A stretch of DNA of 18,058 nt from Candidatus Iainarchaeum sp. GTDB taxonomy: Archaea; Iainarchaeota; Iainarchaeia; Iainarchaeales; 0-14-0-20-30-16. The stretch covers positions 1 to 18,058 of the forward strand of contig CAIWXP010000042.1 in NCBI GenBank assembly GCA_903916665.1, read 5' to 3'. How positions within the stretch are numbered: the first letter of the stretch is position 1; the number at the start of each line of letters is the position of its first letter. The notes beneath the pieces were generated by a model. The model made no database searches. It was not told the DNA's origin and saw only the letters and a program-made list of their open reading frames with translations. Positions 14,280 through 18,058 of this stretch are shown here, in pieces. Both the position numbers and the translations under genes were made by a program.

Positions 14280-14654
14280 ATGATAGTAAATTTAGCAAAT
14301 CCAAAAACCAAAAAAACATATAGTGTTAAAGTAGACTCAGCATTTATGGGTAAGAAATTAGGAGAAACCGTAGATTTATCTGTTTTTAAATTACAAGGTA
14401 AAGGTTTAATAACTGGTGGATCATCAAAAACTGGATCTCCAATGGTACCTTTTGTTGAAGGGCCCAATAGTAAAAAAGTTTTATTAAGTGATGGTTTAGG
14501 GTTTCATGCAACACATAAAGGTGAAAAGAAAAGAACAACTGTTTACGGAAATGTAATTACTGAAAAAATAGAACAGGTTAATATTAAAATTTTAGAATGT
14601 GATGAAAAAGTTAATTTGGAAGAATTATTTCCAAAATTAGAAAAGAAAAAATAA
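14280..14654 (+). CDS. rps6e: 30S ribosomal protein eS6 (S6e)
   Basis: The 124-aa ORF reads NLANPKTKKTYSVKVD...GKGLITGGSSKTGSPM...GEKKRTTVYGNVI, fitting the archaeal S6e pattern. GAGGTG plus 5 nt precedes the ATG. Confidence 0.9.
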   Translation: MIVNLANPKTKKTYSVKVDSAFMGKKLGETVDLSVFKLQGKGLITGGSSKTGSPMVPFVEGPNSKKVLLSDGLGFHATHKGEKKRTTVYGNVITEKIEQVNIKILECDEKVNLEELFPKLEKKK

Positions 14655-14682
14655 ATAGTTTGAAATGTTGAGTGATAATTTG

Positions 14683-15885
14683 ATGATGGGTTCACAATCA
14701 GAAATAAATATTGGAGTTATTGGTCATGTTGATCATGGTAAAACTTCATTGACAAAAATGTTGACTGGTAAATGGACTGATACTCATTCTGAAGAATTAA
14801 AAAGAGGTATTTCAATTAGATTGGGATACGCAGATATTGTTTTTAATAAATGTCCAAATTGTGGTATTGAAGGTTATATTAATAATGATAAATGTCCTAA
14901 TTGTTCAAGTAAAGCTGAACCCTATAAACGAGTTTCTTTTGTTGATAGTCCAGGACATGAAAGTTTAATGGCAACAATGTTAAGTGGTTGTGCAATTATT
15001 AATGGTGCAATATTAGTTGTTGCTGCAAATGAAACTTGCCCTCAACCAAGAACTGTTGAACATTTATTGGCAGCAAAATATTCTAACATAGAAAAATTAA
15101 TTGTTGTTCAAAATAAAATTGATTTAGTAACAGAAGAAAAAGCAAAAGAAAATTATGAACAAATAAAAATCTTTTTAAAAGAAATTGGTTACGAAAATGT
15201 TCCAATAATTCCAGTATCTGCAAATCATGGAATTAATAAAGATGTTTTAATTTACGCAATAACAAATTATTTTGAATCTCCTAAATATGATTTAAAAAAG
15301 AATTTGAAAATGTATGTTGTAAGATCTTTTGATGTTAATAGACCAGGTGCGGAAATTGAAAAATTAATTGGTGGAGTAATTGGTGGAACAATTGTTGAAG
15401 GTAAATTAAAAATTGGTGACTCAATTGAAATAGCACCAGGAATGGATAATAAATATTTAACTGCAAAAGTTTTATCATTAAATACTGAATTTGGAAAATT
15501 AGAAGAGGCAGGTCCTGGTGGATTAATTGCAATAGGAACATCATTGGATCCAAGTATTTCACAGAATGATAAATTAAAAGGTCAAATTGTTGGACATTTA
15601 AATGAATTACCAAAACCAAGATCAGAATTAAATATTGAATTGCATACTATTGATAGATTATTAATTGATGATATGAAAAAACCATTAATAATTAAAGAAC
15701 CTTTAATTATAACTTTAGGTACTGGTACTTCTTTGGGTACTATAAGTTCAATAAAACCAAATTCAAATATGATTAAATTCATAATGAAGAATCCAGCAGT
15801 GGTAGAAGATGACCAAAAGATTTCATTGAGTAGAAGATCATCAAATGGGTGGAGATTATATGGCTATGGGTTCATTAGGAAATAG
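14683..15885 (+). CDS. eif2g: Translation initiation factor aIF2 gamma subunit
   Basis: The motifs are EINIGVIGHVDHGKTSLTKMLTGKWTDTHSEELKRGISIRLGYAD, the zinc knuckle CPNC..CPNC, DSPGHE and QNKID. The longest ORF starts at ATG 14665 with no SD. ATG 14683 follows GAGTGAT plus 6 nt, so the start is uncertain among 14665, 14683 and 14686. Confidence 0.92.
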   Translation: MMGSQSEINIGVIGHVDHGKTSLTKMLTGKWTDTHSEELKRGISIRLGYADIVFNKCPNCGIEGYINNDKCPNCSSKAEPYKRVSFVDSPGHESLMATMLSGCAIINGAILVVAANETCPQPRTVEHLLAAKYSNIEKLIVVQNKIDLVTEEKAKENYEQIKIFLKEIGYENVPIIPVSANHGINKDVLIYAITNYFESPKYDLKKNLKMYVVRSFDVNRPGAEIEKLIGGVIGGTIVEGKLKIGDSIEIAPGMDNKYLTAKVLSLNTEFGKLEEAGPGGLIAIGTSLDPSISQNDKLKGQIVGHLNELPKPRSELNIELHTIDRLLIDDMKKPLIIKEPLIITLGTGTSLGTISSIKPNSNMIKFIMKNPAVVEDDQKISLSRRSSNGWRLYGYGFIRK

Positions 15886-16261
15886 TAATAGTACAATAAA
15901 AGTAGTAATTGATACAAGTGCATTAATTACACTGTGCGAAGGTCAAGATTTTTTTCGTGCAGTAGAAGCAGAATATGGAACAGTTAAATATATTATTCCA
16001 ACAAGTGTTGTGCATGAATTAAAAAAATTATCTTTAGATAATGCAAAATATGCAAGATGTTATAATTTAGTTCAAAAAATTATTGAAAGAAATAATATAT
16101 CTGTTATTTTTACTGGAGATTCAAAATATGCAGATGCAGATTTATTGGATATGACTGCAAATTTATTTGTAACCAATGATATGGAATTAGCAAAGAAATT
16201 AAATTCACAAAATAAAAAAGTTTTTATATTAAAGAAAAATAAGTATTATGATTTTTACTAA
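15860..16261 (+). CDS. PIN-domain protein (Fcf1/Utp24-like, conserved downstream of eif2g)
   Basis: The acidic PIN residues lie in VVIDTSAL, VVHELKKL, ADADLLD and FVTNDMELAKKL. It overlaps the eif2g 3' end. ATG 15860 follows GGTGGAGAT plus 3 nt; alternative starts are 15845 and 15866. Confidence 0.85.
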   Translation: MAMGSLGNSNSTIKVVIDTSALITLCEGQDFFRAVEAEYGTVKYIIPTSVVHELKKLSLDNAKYARCYNLVQKIIERNNISVIFTGDSKYADADLLDMTANLFVTNDMELAKKLNSQNKKVFILKKNKYYDFY

Positions 16262-16427
16262 GCTTTTTAGAAAAGCTTAGTGTAGAAGATTGTGTTCTGT
16301 TGAACAAAATCTTTTACAAAGTGTTTGAAGCTAAAGCTTACAAGCACAAGTTCACCAAAAGCGTCAACAGATTTTCTTTCACAAAGAAAATCTTTTAACA
16401 ATTGCAAAAGAAAACTGTATTGCAATT
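16257..16427 (+). repeat. Array of four strong hairpins in the PIN-rpoE spacer
   Basis: 16257-16281: ACTAAGCTTTT-tag-AAAAGCTTAGT (11 bp, includes the PIN stop codon). 16284-16315: a stem of about 14 bp (13 pairs including one G-U wobble, plus one G/A mismatch). 16369-16393: AGATTTTCTTT-cac-AAAGAAAATCT (11 bp). 16400-16427: AATTGCAA-N12-TTGCAATT (8 bp). Confidence 0.6.
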
Positions 16428-16490
16428 TAAAAAGAGCCAGAGGCATAGAGATTTAAATTATATTTACATAATATTGATGAGGTTGAGAAA

Positions 16491-17123
16491 ATGTTTTATG
16501 TTGTTGAAGTAGAAGATGTTGTTGGAATACCTCCGCATATGTTTGGTGCAGATTTAGATGTGGTATTAAAGGATTTATTAAACGAAGAAAAGATTGGTAA
16601 AGTAGACAAAGATGTTGGTGTTGTTTTAGGTGTTGTTAAAGTAAATAAAACTGGCTCAGCAAAAATAATTCCTGGAGATTCTTTTGCCTATGTTGATGTT
16701 GATTATTCATTATTATCTTTTAAACCAGATTTACAAAATGTATATGAAGGTCAAATTAAAGAAGTTGCAGAATTTGGTGCATTTATGGGTTTAGGTCCTT
16801 TTGATGCATTGATACATGTTTCACAATTAATGAATGATTTTGTAAGTTTTGATGCAAAGAATAGAAACTTTGTTGGTAAAGAATCTAATAATACTTTAGG
16901 TGTAGGCGATAATGTTTATGCAAGAGTTGTTAGTGTAAGTTATAAAGCAAATAGTGTACAAAGTAAAATTGGATTAACAATGAGACAACAGGGTTTAGGA
17001 AAATCTGAATGGGTTGATAAAGATAGTTCTGCAGCAACTGGAAAAAAGAAATCAGAAAAGAAAATAGCTGCAGAAGATGATATGCCTGTTAAAGAAAAGA
17101 AAGTAAAGGCAACAAAGAAATAG
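16491..17123 (+). CDS. rpoE: DNA-directed RNA polymerase subunit E' (Rpo7), S1 domain
   Basis: The N-terminus is MFYVVEVEDVVGIPPHMFG. The S1 fold reads YEGQIKEVAEFGAFMGLGPFDALIHVSQL...GDNVYARVVSVS. GAGGT lies 7 nt upstream of the ATG. There is a Lys-rich C-tail of about 35 aa. Confidence 0.92.
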   Translation: MFYVVEVEDVVGIPPHMFGADLDVVLKDLLNEEKIGKVDKDVGVVLGVVKVNKTGSAKIIPGDSFAYVDVDYSLLSFKPDLQNVYEGQIKEVAEFGAFMGLGPFDALIHVSQLMNDFVSFDAKNRNFVGKESNNTLGVGDNVYARVVSVSYKANSVQSKIGLTMRQQGLGKSEWVDKDSSAATGKKKSEKKIAAEDDMPVKEKKVKATKK

Positions 17124-17137
17124 TTGAGTGATGCAAG

Positions 17138-17338
17138 ATGGTATTAAAGGAACAAGCATGTAAAAAATGTGGATTTGTATTAGAAGATCCAGAAACAGAA
17201 GAATGTCCTGTTTGTCAGAATAAAAAGTTTACAACTTTTTGGAAAGGTGCTGTTGTAATAAACGATCCAGAAAATTCAGAAGTTGCAAAAAAATTAAATA
17301 TAACACACAAAGGAAAATTTGCATTAAGAATTAATTAA
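17138..17338 (+). CDS. spt4: Transcription elongation factor Spt4 (RpoE'')
   Basis: The zinc ribbon is CKKCG...CPVCQN, followed by FWKGAVVINDPENSEVAKKLNI..GKFALRI. It lies immediately after rpoE. GAGTGAT plus 5 nt precedes the ATG. Confidence 0.9.
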   Translation: MVLKEQACKKCGFVLEDPETEECPVCQNKKFTTFWKGAVVINDPENSEVAKKLNITHKGKFALRIN

Positions 17339-17345
17339 TATTAAT

Positions 17346-17438
17346 GAATTGCATTATGCAATTCGTTGTTTCTTTCTTTACAAAGAAAGAAAAAGATAGT
17401 GATACGTAACATATGATGATCCCGCAATGTTTATTGCG
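17346..17438 (+). repeat. Three hairpins in the spt4-rps24e spacer
   Basis: 17346-17364: GAATTGCA-tta-TGCAATTC (8 bp). 17369-17392: TTTCTTTCTT-taca-AAGAAAGAAA (10 bp). 17423-17438: CGCAAT-gttt-ATTGCG (6 bp). Confidence 0.6.
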
Positions 17439-17460
17439 ATATTTGATTTAAGGTGATAGA

Positions 17461-17796
17461 ATGAAGTTTGAAATAATAAAACAAGAAGATAATAGATTGT
17501 TGAACAGAAGACAATTTACTGTAAAAGTAAATGAAATAACTGTTACACCAAAAAGACAAGAAGTTTGGAAAGCATTCGCAGCTAAGCAGGGTTTAGACGA
17601 AAACAAATTAATTGTAGATAAAATATTTAATGAAGCAGGATTAAGAGAAATAACTGTTTATTTTAAATATTATGATGATGAAGCAAGTTTGAAAAAAATC
17701 GAATTAAAAAGTAATTTGGTTAATTGGAATAAATTAAAAGGCATAGAAACACCAAAAAAAGAAAAGAAAAAGAAAGCTAAGAAAGGAAAGAAGTAA
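17461..17796 (+). CDS. rps24e: 30S ribosomal protein eS24 (S24e)
   Basis: [38 protein letters not shown] fits S24e. GGTGAT plus 3 nt precedes the ATG. There is a Lys-rich C-tail. Confidence 0.9.
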   Translation: MKFEIIKQEDNRLLNRRQFTVKVNEITVTPKRQEVWKAFAAKQGLDENKLIVDKIFNEAGLREITVYFKYYDDEASLKKIELKSNLVNWNKLKGIETPKKEKKKKAKKGKK

Positions 17797-17807
17797 GGGT
17801 GATGACT

Positions 17808-18014
17808 ATGGCTGAAAAGAAAGATAAACCTAAAGCAGGTGCAGTAGAAAAGAAAACTAAAAGAGTTAAGAAAAGTGCTTTTTACAAAGTTGAAGGTAAC
17901 AATGTTGTTAGAACAAGAAAAACATGTTTGAAATGTGGTGCTGGAGTATTCATGGCAGAACACAAAGATAGATATTCTTGTGGTAAATGTGGTTACACTG
18001 AAATGAAGAAATGA
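17808..18014 (+). CDS. rps27ae: 30S ribosomal protein eS31 (S27ae)
   Basis: The zinc ribbon is [32 protein letters not shown] plus 4 nt precedes ATG 17808, whereas the track start is GTG 17799. It follows rps24e, as is canonical. Confidence 0.9.
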   Translation: MAEKKDKPKAGAVEKKTKRVKKSAFYKVEGNNVVRTRKTCLKCGAGVFMAEHKDRYSCGKCGYTEMKK

Positions 18015-18021
18015 TTATTCA

Positions 18022-18050
18022 TTTCTTTTTCTCTATTTTTTTTATTTTTT
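18022..18050 (+). terminator. Oligo-T rich tract after rps27ae
   Basis: TTTCTTTTTCTCTATTTTTTTTATTTTTT starts 8 nt after the stop codon. Confidence 0.45.
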
Positions 18051-18058
18051 ATAATACT

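Noticed and set aside
15860-16261. The PIN-domain protein as a VapC toxin of a toxin-antitoxin module.
   Set aside because: No small antitoxin ORF lies upstream, since the gene overlaps eif2g. The eif2g-PIN-rpoE-spt4 arrangement is a conserved housekeeping synteny in archaea, pointing to an Fcf1/Nob1-type RNA-processing role.
1-18058. CRISPR arrays, transposases, integrases, IS inverted repeats, prophage or defence genes.
   Set aside because: No repeat-spacer periodicity and no ORFs with such motifs were found. Every ORF of at least 60 aa on the coding strand is accounted for.

Overview
This is an AT-rich (about 30% GC by eye) archaeal chromosomal segment. It holds 26 protein genes and one tRNA, all on the + strand. 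Gene order and protein motifs identify canonical archaeal information-processing clusters. The first is rps13-rps4-rps11-rpoD-[tRNA-Leu(UAA)]-rpl18e-rpl13-rps9-rpoN-eno-rps2. It is followed by ileS, then a small non-translation island (LMW phosphotyrosine phosphatase, a 279-aa unknown all-alpha protein, and a DUF1003 membrane protein). The last cluster is rpl7ae-rps28e-rpl24e-infB(aIF5B)-rps6e-eif2g-PIN-rpoE(Rpo7)-spt4-rps24e-rps27ae. The usual rpoK (after rpoN) and ndk (before infB) are absent. Divergent, shortened enzymes and Lys-rich tails on many proteins suggest a small-genome, DPANN-like archaeon; this is inference only. I see no mobile element, CRISPR array, defence island or toxin-antitoxin pair, and no convincing novel multi-gene protein system. 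All minus-strand track ORFs look spurious. The less ordinary signals are mostly at the RNA or regulatory level. (1) The few long spacers carry clusters of perfect hairpins, including a recurring AATTGCA-N3-TGCAATT palindrome 77-106 nt upstream of operon-first genes. (2) The rpl7ae 5' leader can be drawn as a k-turn that buries its SD and start codon. (3) A 7-codon mini-ORF with a perfect SD sits in front of rpl13, with its stop codon in a hairpin loop. (4) A leader/trailer helix brackets the tRNA. (5) uS9 carries an RGG/Gly-Ser-rich N-terminal extension. (6) An unknown protein is translationally coupled to DUF1003. (7) A GC-rich, codon-atypical patch lies inside infB. All structures were folded by hand and all functions assigned to them are hypotheses.
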